Notes: generated by a model from the letters alone, not told the origin. Shown: positions 38,535 to 51,409, counted from the first letter of the stretch. The stretch is 64,000 nucleotides of DNA from Octopus sinensis (GCF_006345805.1 NC_043025.1:6758001-6822000), one strand, 5' to 3'. Numbers and translations are program-made.

Positions 38535-38816
38535 TCATCATTGTTCGACCGTGTTCGAGACAATGGAATTTACCATGCTACGCCAGACTACACGGTCCAT
38601 CATGGCATTACGGAGGTCCTGTTGCTGGATGCCTGTATCCCTGGAGATGACATCAGGGTAGGAGAGTGTGCGCCCTCTGGCATTGCGAGCAGATGGCTTC
38701 CAGAGGAGAAGAGTAGAAATTGCCTCGTTTTCAGATCTACAACAATGTCCAGCAAACTGGACTCTCCTACCTTTCACAAGAGATGAGACAGGTGGTAGTT
38801 TCCCATATATTTGCAT
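38535..38816 (-). mobile_element. RTE-like LINE 3' end (second family)
   Basis: QIYGKLPPVSSLVKGRRVQFAGHC...DLRNAMMDRVVWR; (TGA)n tail. Confidence 0.88.
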
Positions 38817-38987
38817 GATGATGATATATGAATAAATAAAGATTATATTTGATAGAGGAATCCGAATGCTGAAGGGTTAAACTAGTATGGTGTGTGGCAC
38901 AAATATAAACCCATCTAGCAAGGAGTTGAGGGTATGTGGGTGAGCAGTATAGGGCATGAAACAAATGTAATGAAGAAAGCTTCGACA

Positions 38988-39526
38988 TTAACCCTTTAGT
39001 ATGTAAACCGGCCAAAATATTTAATCTGTTTTATGTTCAAACTGACCAGATCCAGGCTCTCACACCTACCCTACAATGTTATTCTACATTAAGTAATTAC
39101 ACCATCAAGATCTTGAAGATATGAGATAATGCATGATTAATTCAAATCAATGTGTTTGATATACTTTGAGGGCGCGTGGCTTAGTGGTTAGGGCATTCGG
39201 CTCATGATCGTAAGGTTGTGAGTTCGATTCCCAGCGACGCGTTGTGTCCTTGAGCAAGACACTTTATTTCACGTTGCTCCAGTCCACTCAGCTGGCAAAA
39301 ATGAGTTGTACTTGTATTTCAAAGGGTCAGCCTTGTCACTCTCTGTGTCACGCTGATTATCCCCGAGAACTACGTTAAGGGTACACGTGTCTGTGGAATG
39401 CTCAGCCATTTGCACGTTAATTTCACGAGCAAGCTGTTCCGTTGATCGGATCAGCTGGGACCCTCGTCGTCGTAACCGGCGGAGTCTTTAATGTTTGATA
39501 GAATAATCAGAACACTAAAGGGTTAA
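38988..39526. mobile_element. piggyBac-type MITE interrupted by a SINE
   Basis: TTAACCCTTTAG...CTAAAGGGTTAA ends; SINE at ~39169-39487 with tgtttgata on both sides. Confidence 0.7.
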
Positions 39527-39580
39527 ACAGAAGATATATGAACAAGCACAAAAAGAAATGTGTATAGACAGAGTACTTAC

Positions 39581-39633
39581 CCTCGTCCATCTGATCGGTA
39601 GCCGCCACTACCGTCGTGCTGGGTTGAGTTAGG
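39581..39633 (-). CDS. SELENOK: Selenoprotein K, coding exon 4
   Basis: ccttgcag| PNSTQHDGSGGYRSDGR GG|GTAAGT; phase 0 to 2; DGRG motif of SelK. Confidence 0.92.
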
Positions 39634-39901
39634 CTGCAAGGTAGACAATGGGAAAATGAAAAGATTTATAAATAAGAAAAGTTAATGCAATTAAAAGTAA
39701 AATGTTAAGAATAGGTGCAGGAGTGGCTACGTGGTAAGTAGCTTGCTTACGAACCACATGGTTCTGGGTTCAGTCCCACTGCGTGGCACCTTGGGTAAGT
39801 GTCTTCTACTATAGCCTCGGGCCGACCAATGCCTTGTGAGTGGATTTGGTAGACGGAAACTGAAAGAAGCCCTTCGTATATGTGTGTGTATATGCATGTA
39901 C

Positions 39902-39979
<78 letters not shown>

Positions 39980-40098
39980 GCATGTGTGTATATGTTTGTG
40001 TGTCTGTGTTTGTCCCCCCCCCCAACATCACTTGACAACCGTGGAATACAAACAAACAATTGTATTAGTATGGCGCTCAGGAATAGAAATAGAACAAG

Positions 40099-40136
40099 TC
40101 TTTTACATTTCGAGCCTACGCTCTTCGACAGAAAGA
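40099..40136 (-). ncRNA. Degenerate minimal hammerhead motif
   Basis: tcttt CTGTCGA a gagc gtag gctc GAAA tg TA aaaga; A6 is mutated. Confidence 0.5.
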
Positions 40137-40192
40137 TACACAGAAAAAAAAACAAGGAGAGAAAAAAATGCGTGTAGGATCTAACGATCTAT

Positions 40193-40256
<64 letters not shown>

Positions 40257-40714
40257 TACATGCAATAATTTTATTCAGCTGAATACACGTCATTGATTAG
40301 TTGAAATTACTGAAATATGAGAACTTTAACATGAAATAACTTCGTAAATATAAGTTTTTCTCAAAAATGCTAATAGTAAAAAGATGTTTTATATGACACA
40401 TTCTACCATCGTCCGAAGTTTGAAAGCGTTTAGTTACAAAAAATTATTTTTTAAATCTGTCAGTCAAAAGGTAAAGATCCAATTTTTTTTTAAATTCTTG
40501 CGATTATCTCCCCTTCTTAAGTGGAAATCGCCTTAATTGCCACTCGGCAATTTCTGATACAACTTCCAGAGGCAAAGATAATATTAATAAAACCTGAATT
40601 TATCATGTGGTATTTGACATACCAGTATCTGCCTACATTATTCAAATACATGCCACTGAGTTACTTCCCTTAGCTCATTTCTATTTAGAGATGCAGACAC
40701 CCCATGTACAATAA

Positions 40715-41600
40715 CTCCTATATGGGTTATATGGCTCAGAAACCTGGACGTTATCAAAGAAGCTTGAGAGGCGGTTGGATGGAACCTACACTCGCCTCCT
40801 TATGAGAGCTCAAAATCTCTCATGGAAGCGCCATCCAACCAAAGTACAAATATATGGGAAACTACCACCTGTGTCATCTCTTGTGAAAGGTAGGAGAGTC
40901 CAGTTTGCTGGACATTGTTGTAGAGCTGAAAAAGAGGTAATTTCTAATCTTCTCCTCTGGAAGCCATCTGCTCGCGATACCAGAGGGCGCACACTCTTCG
41001 AGAGGCAGTTGGATGGAACCTACACTCGCCTCCTTATGAGAGCTCAAAATCTCTCGTGGAAGCGTCATCCAACCAAAATGCAAATATATGGGAAACTACC
41101 ACCTGTGTCATCTCCTGTGGAAGGTAGGAGAGTCCAGTTTGCTGGACATTGTTGTAGAGCTGAAAAAGAGGTAATTTATACTCTTCTCCTCTGGAAGCCA
41201 TCTACTCGCGATACCAGAGGGCGCACACTCTTCGAGAGGCAGTTGGATGGAACCTACACTCGCCTCCTTATGAGAGCTCAAAATCTCTCGTGGAAGCGTC
41301 ATCCAACCAAAATGCAAATATATGGGAAACTACCACCTGTGTCATCTCTTGTGAAAGGTAGGAGAGTCCAGTTTGCTGGACATTGTTGTAGAGCTGAAAA
41401 AGAGGTAATTTCTGCTCTTCTCCTCTGGAAGCCATCTACTCACAATACCAGAGGGCACACACTCTCCTACCCTGATGTAATCTCCAGGGATACAGGCATC
41501 CAGCAACAGGACCTCCGTAATGCTATGATGGACTGTGAAGTCTGGCGTAGCATGGTAAATTCCATTGTCTCGACCATGATTGAACAATGATGATGATGAC
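40715..41600 (+). mobile_element. RTE-like LINE 3' end with in-frame 234-bp triplication
   Basis: YGSETWTLSKKLERRLDGTYTRLL...; units start at 40766, 41000 and 41234; (TGA)n tail. Confidence 0.9.
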
Positions 41601-41794
41601 AATAACCTCCCTGAAGACAACAGATGATGATTTAAAACTTCTTTACATATTAGAGAGGGGGTAATTAATTAAGGGGAGTAATTGTCCTGATACGATGGCT
41701 TCTTTCAGTCTACAAATCCACTCACAAGGCCTTTTTTCTGCCTTGGACCACAAAAGATACCCCGATAGACTGTGCAAGCAGACTAAACACAGTT

Positions 41795-42920
41795 TTAACA
41801 TAATGTAGTCCTAGATACATTATATCTGAATAAAAGACAGGATGGTCACGGCTGGAACATCTCTGAACGTAAGTCTGCTGGATCAGGACAGACCTGGTGT
41901 TAAACAGCAACAAGGAATGACACAGTAAGTAATTTAGTCCTAGATGCACTATGTTTGAATAAAAGACAGGATGATCATAGTTGGAATGTCTTTGGTCATA
42001 AGTCCGCTGGACAAGGACTGACCTGGGGCTAAACAACAACAACAGGGAAGGACACATTAGATAACATAATCCTAGATACACTATGCCTGAATAAAAGACA
42101 TGGTGGTCACAGCTGGAACATCTCTGATCATAGGTCAGCTGGATCAAGAGAGACATGACTAAACAAGGACACATTAGATAATGTAGTCCTAGATACACTA
42201 TGATCGCATATAAGACATGATGGTCACAGATGGAACGTTTTTGATCATAGGTGTGTGCACTGGGTTGATACTGATGCTCTGGGCTAAACAACAATGAGGA
42301 AGGACACATTAGATAATGTAGTTCTAGATACACTTATGTCTGAATAAAAAGTAGGATGGTCACGGCTGGAACATCTCTGATCGTAGGTCTGCTGCACCAG
42401 AACTGACCTGGGGCTAAACAGCAACACCAATAAGTAAGGGCACATTGGATAATGTAGTCCTAGATACACTATAATCGCATATAAGACAGGATGGTCACAG
42501 CCAGAACATTTTTGATCATAGGTGTGTGCACTGGGTTGATACTGATGCTCTGGGCTATACACTAATGTCTGAATAAAAGACAGGATGGTCACGGCTGGAA
42601 CATCTCTGATCATAGGTCTGCTGCACCAGGATTGACCTGGGGCTAAACAACACCACCAATAAGTAAGGGCACATTGGATAATGTATTCCTAGATACACTA
42701 TGTCTGAACAAGAGACAGGATGGTCATAGCTGGAACAACCTTGATCATAGGTCTACTGGATCAAAATGACCTGGGGTTAAACAATAACAGCAACACAGGA
42801 TACAGTGATGTCCAAGATATACTATGTTTATATAAAAGACAGGATGGTCAGAGCTGGAACACTTTTGATCATAGCTCAACCTACAGGAGCAAGGATGATG
42901 ACCTGGTGTTAAACAACAGG
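41795..42920. repeat. Degenerate ~120-bp satellite (also 48893-49215, 32855-33065, inverted at ~12480-12610)
   Basis: Repeated GACACATTAGATAATGTAGTCCTAGATACACTATG...AAGACAGGATGGTCAC. Confidence 0.85.
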
Positions 42921-42948
42921 TTGAATTATAATAAAAAATTTCACTTAC

Positions 42949-42967
42949 CGATATTAATGTCTTGAAA
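42949..42967 (-). CDS. SELENOK: Selenoprotein K, coding exon 3 (19-nt microexon)
   Basis: Long pyrimidine tract ...cctgatgcag|T TTC AAG ACA TTA ATA TCG|GTAAGT = (F)FKTLIS, matching SelK FFKTL. Confidence 0.92.
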
Positions 42968-43072
42968 CTGCATCAGGAATGAGATCGATATAAAGAGAGA
43001 AGAAAGGGAAAAGAAAATAGGATTTTAATAAATTAACATATTTCATAATACATTATAATAATTTATAATAAA

Positions 43073-43450
43073 CAAGCACTATCACCCGGCGTTGCCCGGA
43101 TTTGTAAGGGAAATAACTATAAAGCATTTTTAGAGAGTTATAGCCAAAAAATGCATTAAAATTGGAAAAAAAATTATGGTAAATTTTTTTTTAAATCGTT
43201 GACTCATCGTAGATATTTTTAGAGAGTTACTTCCCTTATATTTAAAAAAAATTTTGCATTAAAATGGAAAAAAATGATGGTAAATTTTGTTTTAAATCAT
43301 AGACGCGCGCTAATACCCAGAAGGGCTCGATATGAATCACGACTATAAGATACCCGGTTTTAGTTACACTGCACCGCAAAATGTGGGAGTAGTTAGGAAT
43401 CTAAATCATAGAAGACAGACAGCACACAACCTTACTTTTATATATAAAGA
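43073..43450 (-). mobile_element. Non-autonomous Helitron-like element
   Basis: 5' a|TCTTTATATATAAAAG; 3' hairpin CCGGGCAACGCCGGG followed by CTTG|t (degenerate CTAG). Confidence 0.65.
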
Positions 43451-44920
43451 TTATATTCAGTTTATATTATAATCAGGTAGAGGATAGCATATGCCGAATG
43501 AATTTCTAAGACGTTACAATGTGATTTGAGGGAGACTTAGCTGCTATTTCTATAAGCATATAGCTATCATATTGAGCATAAAAGATTTTATTCTTTTACT
43601 TGTTTGTCATTTGACTGCGTCCATGCTGGAGCACCGCCTTTTGGTCGAGCAAATCGACCCCGGGACTTATTCTATCGGTCTCTTTTGCTGAACTGCTAAG
43701 TTACAGAGACGTAAACACACCAGCATCGGTTGTCAAGCGATGTTGGGGAGCGGGACAAACAGACTCACAAACATATACATATATATGATGGGCTTCTTTC
43801 AGTTTCCGTCTGCCAAATCCACTCACAAGGCTTCGGTCGGCCCGAGGCTATAGAAGAAGACACCTGCCCAAGGTGCCACACAGTGGGACTGAACCCGGAA
43901 CCATGTGGTTGGTAAGCAAGCTACTTACCACACACCCACTCCTGCGCCTAGATTTTGTTAAAGTTTATGAGCAATAAATTGGTTATATTTTTGTAATATA
44001 CAAAATTATTTATCAATTTTTTTAATACAGTTCCTTATAATATTTTACTATAAATATATAATTTTGTTTTAAACACTGTTTGGCTAGGAGGGTCCATCCA
44101 TATAAAATAGAAATCAAAAGGATCCAGGGGTAAAAAAATGGTTGAGAAACGCTGATGTAGGGGTTTTCCTTGTTGGCTCATACATGTATACCTTCATAAG
44201 ACAGTAGTGTGTGATTTGAAGGAGATTTGGCTCCTATTTCTACCAGGTGTAGCTACCTTGTAAGGGTCTCCTTCATTGGCTCAAAGCATCAAGTGCTGAA
44301 AATGAACTTTCTTATCTTCCATTTTAAAGGGTTACAGAATTAACAGTTTCATCATCAGCATCTTCGTTTAGTGTCCGCTTTCCATGCTAGCATGGGTTGG
44401 ATGGTTCGACTGGGAAGCCAGAAGGCTGCACCAGGCTCAGTCTGATCTGGCAATGTTTCTACGGCTGGATGCCCTTCCTAACGCCAACCACTCCATGAGT
44501 GTAGTGGGTGCTTTTTACGTGCCACCAGCACAAGTGCCAGACGAGGCTGGCAAACGGCCACCATCAGATGGTGCTTTTTACGTGCCACCAGCATGGGGGC
44601 CAAGTGAGGCTGGCAAACGGCCACCATCAGATGGTGCTTTTTACGTGCCACCAGCATGGGGGCCAGGTGAGGCTGGCAACGGCCAAACATAAACCTTCTT
44701 CCATGAAAAGATAGCTTAAACTGTGCTCTAAATGGAGGTGTAGTCAAATCCTATTTTATGGACTCAAACATGTTGTAAAATAAGTCAAAAGGTAAGCTAC
44801 AATAAATTGGCATGAACTTTCCGGACAACCCAATACAAATGTAGAGCTTTTCTTGCCCAAGGTGTCATGCTTTTTACCACATAGCCATGCCTGCACCTAT
44901 ATGTTGATGGATTAGAGATC

Positions 44921-45517
44921 GCGGCGAGCTGGCAGAAACGTTAGCACGCTGGGCGAAATGTGTCGCCGTATTTCGTCTGCCATTACGTTCTGAGTTCAAA
45001 TTCCGCCAAGGTCGACTTTGCCTTTCATCCTTTTGGAGTCGATAAATTAAGTACCAGTTACGCACTGGGGTTGATGTAATCGACTTATTACCTATGTCTG
45101 TCCTTGTTTGTCCCCTCTATGTTTAGCCCCCTGTGGGTAATAAAAAAATAGGTATTTCGTCTGTCACTACGTTCTGAGTTCAAATTCCGCCAAGGTCGAC
45201 TTTGCCTTTTATCCTTTTGGGGTCGATAAATTAAGTACCAGTTACGCACTGGGGTTGATGTAATCGACTTATTACCTATGTCTGTCCTTGTTTGTCCCCT
45301 CTATGTTTAGCCCCCTGTGGGTAATAAAAAAATAGGTATTTCGTCTGTCACTACGTTCTGAGTTCAAATTCCGCCAAGGTCGACTTTGCCTTTCATCCTT
45401 TTGGAGTCGATAAATTAAGTACCAGTTACGCACTGGGGTTGATGTAATCGACTTATTACCTATGTCTGTCCTTGTTTGTCCCCTCTATGTTTACTACCCT
45501 TGTGGGTAGTAAAGAAA
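44921..45517 (+). mobile_element. SINE-like family GGCGAGCTGGCAGAA with three tandem ~185-bp body copies (doublets at 53519-53932 + and 28200-28615 -)
   Basis: GTTCTGAGTTCAAATTCCGCCAAGGTCGACTTTGCC repeated three times. Confidence 0.85.
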
Positions 45518-46105
45518 CAGATTAGAGATTGCCAGCAGCTTTTCAGTTCCTGAGTTGAAGGTAACAACAGAGGAATGTCTGTACAGATTGAAGGAACTTG
45601 GTCTAAGAAGATCTTCATTAAGGAGAACAAAGCTGAAACATCAACCATGAAACAACAGGGAGGTCAAGCAGCCCCCACAATACTCTTTACTCTTTTACTT
45701 GTTTCAGTCAATTGACTGCGGCCATGCTGGAGCACCGCCTTTAGTCGAGCTAATCGACCCCAGGACTTACTCTTTGTAAGCCTAGTACTTATTCTATCGG
45801 TCTCTTCTGCCGAACCGCTAAGTGACGGGGACGTAAACACACCAGCATCGGTTGTCAAGCAATGCTAGGGGGACAAACACAGACACACAAATACATATAT
45901 ATATATATATATATACATATATACGATGGGCTTCTTTCAGTTTCCGTCTACCAAATCCACTCACAAGGCATTGCTCAGCCCGAGGCTATAGCAGAAGACA
46001 CTTGCCCAAGACGCCACGCAGTGGGACTGAACGCGGAACCATGTGGTTGGTTAGCAAGCTACTTATCACACAGCCGCTCCTGCGCCTATATATATATACA
46101 TATAC

Positions 46106-46137
<32 letters not shown>

Positions 46138-46161
46138 GCATATATACATATATATATATAC

Positions 46162-46228
<67 letters not shown>

Positions 46229-46439
46229 CATATATACGACAGGCTTCTTTCAGTTTCCGTCTACCAAATCCACTCACAAGGCTTTGGTTGGACCGAGGCT
46301 ATAGCAGAAGACACTTGCCCAAGACGCCACGCAGTGGGACTGAACCTGGAACCATGTGGTTGGTAAGCAAGCTACTTCTCACACAGCAAGCCCTGTGCAA
46401 TGAGAAAATCCAGTAAAGAACTGATTCGAAAGTACTTAC

Positions 46440-46524
46440 AAAAGAATGATAACACCCACCAGTGCATACAGGACCTCTGGAATGATTGACAGCCGCCATG
46501 GAGACCTCGAAGATACTATGTTAC
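46440..46524 (-). CDS. SELENOK: Selenoprotein K, coding exon 2 (transmembrane segment)
   Basis: ccattttag| (G)NIVSSRSPWRLSIIPEVLYALVGVIIL TT|GTAAGT; SPWRLS is the SelK signature; phase 1 to 2. Confidence 0.95.
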
Positions 46525-46857
46525 CTAAAATGGTAAAAGAAGAACGAAAAATGTGATTATCTTTCTGAGTTCAAAGAATTTGGAATTGAAATATTTTGTG
46601 ATTACATCATCAAGTGCTTTATTCCTGGATGTGTATATAGAACCTGACTGGATTAGAACTAGTCATCTTTCCAGTCTGAACCAGTGGTTCCCAACCCGAG
46701 ATATACGGACCCCTGCTGGGTATCCATGAACAAAATTTCACACACACACATATGTATATATGAGTGTGTGTGAAATTTTGTTCATGGATACCCAGCACTA
46801 TATATATATATATACACACACACACATATATTTTTTTTTAACCAAAATATATATATA

Positions 46858-47779
46858 TCATCCCCCAAACCATGACACTTCCTCCACCGAATTTAACACT
46901 AGTCTTAAGGCATTTAGGCGACAATTTTTCACCTACTTTTCTACGAACGTACCTTTTCCGATCTGAGCCAAATAACATAAACTTAGATTCATCACTGAAA
47001 TGCACCGTTTGCCATTTTTCTTGAGACCACAACACATGTTCAGTTGCAAAGGTAAGACGACACTTTTTATTCTTGGAGCTGATCAGTGGCTTCACTGCAG
47101 GTGCTCTTGCTTGTAGGTTATGTTCAACTACACGATGAGACACAGTTTTTCGAGATAACGTTTTCTTCAGTACAATGCTCATTTCCCCGAGAAACAGCAG
47201 CAGCAGTTTTAAATCTGTCCATTTTAACCAACTTTACCATAACACGATCTTCTCTCTTGGTTGTTTTTCTTGGCCTACCTGTAGACTTTCTTCTTTCACA
47301 CGAACCACAATCATCGAAGACCTTAAGAATACCGTGAACAACACTTTTTGACTTGTTAACAATCTTTGCAATAGACCTAATACTTAAATTATCCTTCTTT
47401 CGAAGCTTAATCTGCTGACGAATTGGTAACGGAGTAAGTGGCATTATATTAACAAAGTACACTGCAGATATTCTTACTAATGTTTAGTAAACATACCATT
47501 ACGTAAACAATTTCAAAACATTAGAGTTCGCCGGTTAAATATACTAAAACAGAGTAAAAGCAACCGTTCTGATCATTTTGGCCGCCATGGGTTTTGCAGT
47601 AAATCACTAAATCATCCATAACTTTTGTATTATCCTCTCAAATTACACCAAAATCTCAGACAATAACAATTAATATCGTATTTATTGTCTGTGAAAATTA
47701 TAGAACAGAAAACAACTTTGATAAAAACTTATACCTACTTTTCTGACGAAAACAACGCCGTTCTGAACATTTTGGCCGC
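46858..47779 (-). mobile_element. Truncated Tc1-family transposon (5' half), frameshifted
   Basis: HTH + GRPRKTT, ARAPAVKPLIS, WQTVHFSDESKF, KFGGGSVMVWG; 22-bp direct repeats at 47564-47585 and 47758-47779. Confidence 0.92.
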
Positions 47780-50700
47780 AAAAAAAAAAAAAAAAAAACG
47801 GATGTAATTGTTGGCGTTTAGATGTAAACTTCCGGTTGGTTTGCTTTTATTTACATCCGGTTCGATCCATGAATCAGCAAAATGAAAATCGATTGATTTC
47901 TAATCGAACGTTAAGAGGCCAAAGTTTGATTGCGTGAAATTGCCCCCCCCCCCCATGTTAAGATGTTGAATAAGAATGAAGCTATCCATGTTGACTGAAA
48001 ATTTCAAGAAATAAAATGGTAAAACATGGTACTTGCAAAAGTTCTTGTAAAAGCGCAGGAGTGGCTGTGTGGTAAGTAGCTTGCCTACCAACCGTATGGT
48101 TCCGGGTTCAGTCCCACTGCGTGGCACCTTGGGCAAGTGTCTTCTACTATAGCCTCGGGCCGACCAAAGCCTTGTGAGTGTATTTGGTAGACGGAAACTG
48201 AAAGAAGCCCGTCGTATATATGTGTGTGTGTGTGTGTATGTGCCCCTAGCATTGCTTGACAACCGATGCTGGTGTGTTTACGTCCCCGTCACTTAGCGGT
48301 TCGGCAAAAGGGACCGATAAAATAAGTACTACTGGGCTTACAAAGAATAAGTCCCGGGGTCGATTTGCTCGACTAAAGGCGGTGCTCCAGCATGGCCGCA
48401 GTCAAATGACTGAAACAAGTAAAAGAGTAAAGAGAGAATTCTACCCTGAACTTGTACGGGACTTTGTAGATCAGTGTTTCCCAACCTTTTTTCCCGGCGC
48501 CCCACTTTTTCATAGCAAAAGTTTTTACGCCCCACCTTGTACAAATATTTTCGTCATGTACAAATATTTTCACAGCCCACGTCTATGCCCCGCGCCCCAC
48601 CTGAATTTTCTCAGGCCCCACCTTGGGAATCACTGTTGTAGATGGTCTTTGATATCTATCGAACACCAACTTAGCTGTAAGCTTGATTATTCTGGACTGA
48701 TCGACGATTTCACGATGCGAAAAGTGCCACATGTTTGTCTTTGAGAATTGCCTGGATTATAAAAGTGCTTTTTTTTTATTCATATCAGGAAGTTTTACTT
48801 ATTGAAATTTGGAACAGACCTGAATATATATTTCTTTTACTGCCCACAAGGGGCTAAACATAGAGGGGACAAACAAGGACAGACAAACATATATCAAGAG
48901 AGACATGACTAAACAAGAAAGGACACATTAGATAATGTAGTCCTAGATACACTATGCCTGAATAAAAGGCAGGGTGGTCACAGCTGGAACATCTCTGATC
49001 ATAGGTCAGCTGGATCAAGAGAGACATGACTAAACAAGGTCACACTAGATAATGTAGTCCTAGAAACACTATGCCTGAATAAAAGACAGGGTGGTCACAG
49101 CTGGAACATCTCTGATCATAGGTCAGCTGGATCAAGAGAGACATGACTAAACAAGGTCACACTAGATAACGTAGTCCTAGATACACTATGATCGCATATA
49201 AGACAGGATGGTCACTTAAACGGATTAAGTCGATTATATCGACCCTAGTGCATAACTGGTACTTTATTTATCGACCCCGAAAGGATGAAAGGTAAAGTCG
49301 ACGACGGCGGAATTTGAACTCACAGCGTAAGACAGATATTCAACTTGTACTTCAAAAGATGTTCTTTAGGATAACGTGAAATATTGAACTTTAGATAGAA
49401 TAAAGTAAAATATAGCTAAGAATAAAAGGTGCGTCAATGATGAATTTTGATTGAAGGGATGGGACCTCTAAAAGGCATGAATGAGCTGCACATTGGATAT
49501 ATTTTTATATACAAGATCCTTGTATGTATCTATGTCATGTCAGATATGATTTTTTTTTATTGCGTAGTTAAAAAGGAAGTCAGTCGCGGATATACTAATT
49601 AAACGTTTATTGAAGTTAATCGATATTTAATCAACAAGGCAGAGCGACACAGGTGTGTTTTGGACGAGGAGAAGTGATGTGCAGGCGTGGCTGAATGGTT
49701 AAATTTCCCAACCACATGGTTCCGGGTTCGGTCCCACTGCGTGGCACCTTGGGCAATTGTCTTCTACTATAGCCTCGGGTCGACCAAAACTTTGTAAGTG
49801 GATTTGGTAGACGGAAACTGAAAGAAGCCCGTCGTATATATATATATATATATATATACACACGTATAGGCGCAGGAATGACTGTGTAAGTAGCTTGCTT
49901 ACCAACCGCATGGTTCCGGGTTCAGTCCCACTGCGTGGCACCTTGGGCAACTGTCTTCTACTATAGCCTCGGGTCGACCAAAACTTTGTGAAAGAAGCCC
50001 GTCGTCTATGCCTGTATGTTTTTGTTTACCCTCCATTCGTCTAGTTGACAACGGGTGTTGGTTGGTTTGTTTACGTCCCCGTAACATAGCGTGTACGTTA
50101 GACTACGAACCAGACCGCGAAACTTCGGTATAGGTACACGCGTGACTTTGTTTACATTTCTGAAGATAACAGAAACCCTTTTCTCTCACCCCTAACACAA
50201 ACCCTAACTCAACCACCCCCATATATAAAAAAACAAAACACTTTCTTGAAATGTTTCCGGTACCTATACCGAAGTTACGCCAGCGAGACGAAAGATTGCC
50301 CTACAAAGTTATGTGTGTACCTATACCGAAATAACTATTCCAAGTAATTGTGCGTACCAAACTTTACGTTGGGTTTCCCCATGTGACTATAAAATTGACG
50401 CCGCTTTAGTTCAGTGTTACCCCCTATGGTCTACACAGAAGGGTCTCTCTTTACTTGTTTCAGTCATTTGACTGCGGCCATGCTGGAGCACCGCCTTTAG
50501 TCGAGCAAAACGACCCCGGGACTTATTCTTTGTAAGCCCATTACTTATTCTATTGGTCTCTTTTACCGAACCGCTAAGTGACGGGGACGTAAACACACCA
50601 GCATCGGTTGTCAAGCGATGCTAGAGGGACAAACACAGACACACAAACATATATACATATATACGACAGGCTTCTTTCAGTTTCCGTCTACCAAATCCAC

Positions 50701-50863
50701 TCACAAGGCTTTGGTCGGCCCGAGGCTATAGTAGAAGACACTTGCCCAGATGCCACGCAGTGGGACTGAACCCGGAAACATGTGGTTGGTTAGCAAGCTA
50801 CTTACCACACAGCCACTCCTACCTAAATTTAATAAAAAAAGGGAGCGAAAGACGGAAACTCAC

Positions 50864-50882
50864 CTTCAGAGACATACACCAT
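50864..50882 (-). CDS. SELENOK: Selenoprotein K, coding exon 1
   Basis: ATG GTG TAT GTC TCT GAA G|GTGAGT = MVYVSE(G), matching SelK MVYISNG; a possible acceptor at 50969-50970 suggests an upstream UTR exon. Confidence 0.93.
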
Positions 50883-51374
50883 CTCGTGCGTCGTGTAGGA
50901 GAGAGTACAACGTGGAGTACAATGAAGAGTACAGCACGAAGGACGACGTTAACTGTTTGAAGTTCTTCCTGGAAATGATGACGATTCGAAGAAGGTAGAA
51001 CAATTGTCACTTCACATACAAAAGAGTGTATATATATATATATATATAGTAAAGGATGTAGGAGGGAGGTAACTCTAGCGAAACGTCGAGAAATGCGGGA
51101 GGTCGATACGTGGTCGTTCAAACTGTTAGAAATAGCAGCCAAATCTTTTTTTTTTTTCATTTTTACATACTACGGTCTTTATGTGTATGAAGTGATGCGG
51201 GAGACCTCTCGACGGTTTGCTAGATGTGGTAGAAATAGAAATGAAATCGTCCCTCAGATCTCACCTTACTGATGTATGTATGTATGTATGTATGTATGTA
51301 TGTATGTATGTATGTATGTATATATATATATATATATATGCATGTATGTATGTATGTATGTATGTATGTATGTA

Positions 51375-51409
<35 letters not shown>

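Noticed and set aside
50864-50968. Apparent C-x-U motif (VCL-UGA) in another frame
   Set aside because: Coincidental; the SelK frame starts at ATG 50882 and the rest is 5'UTR
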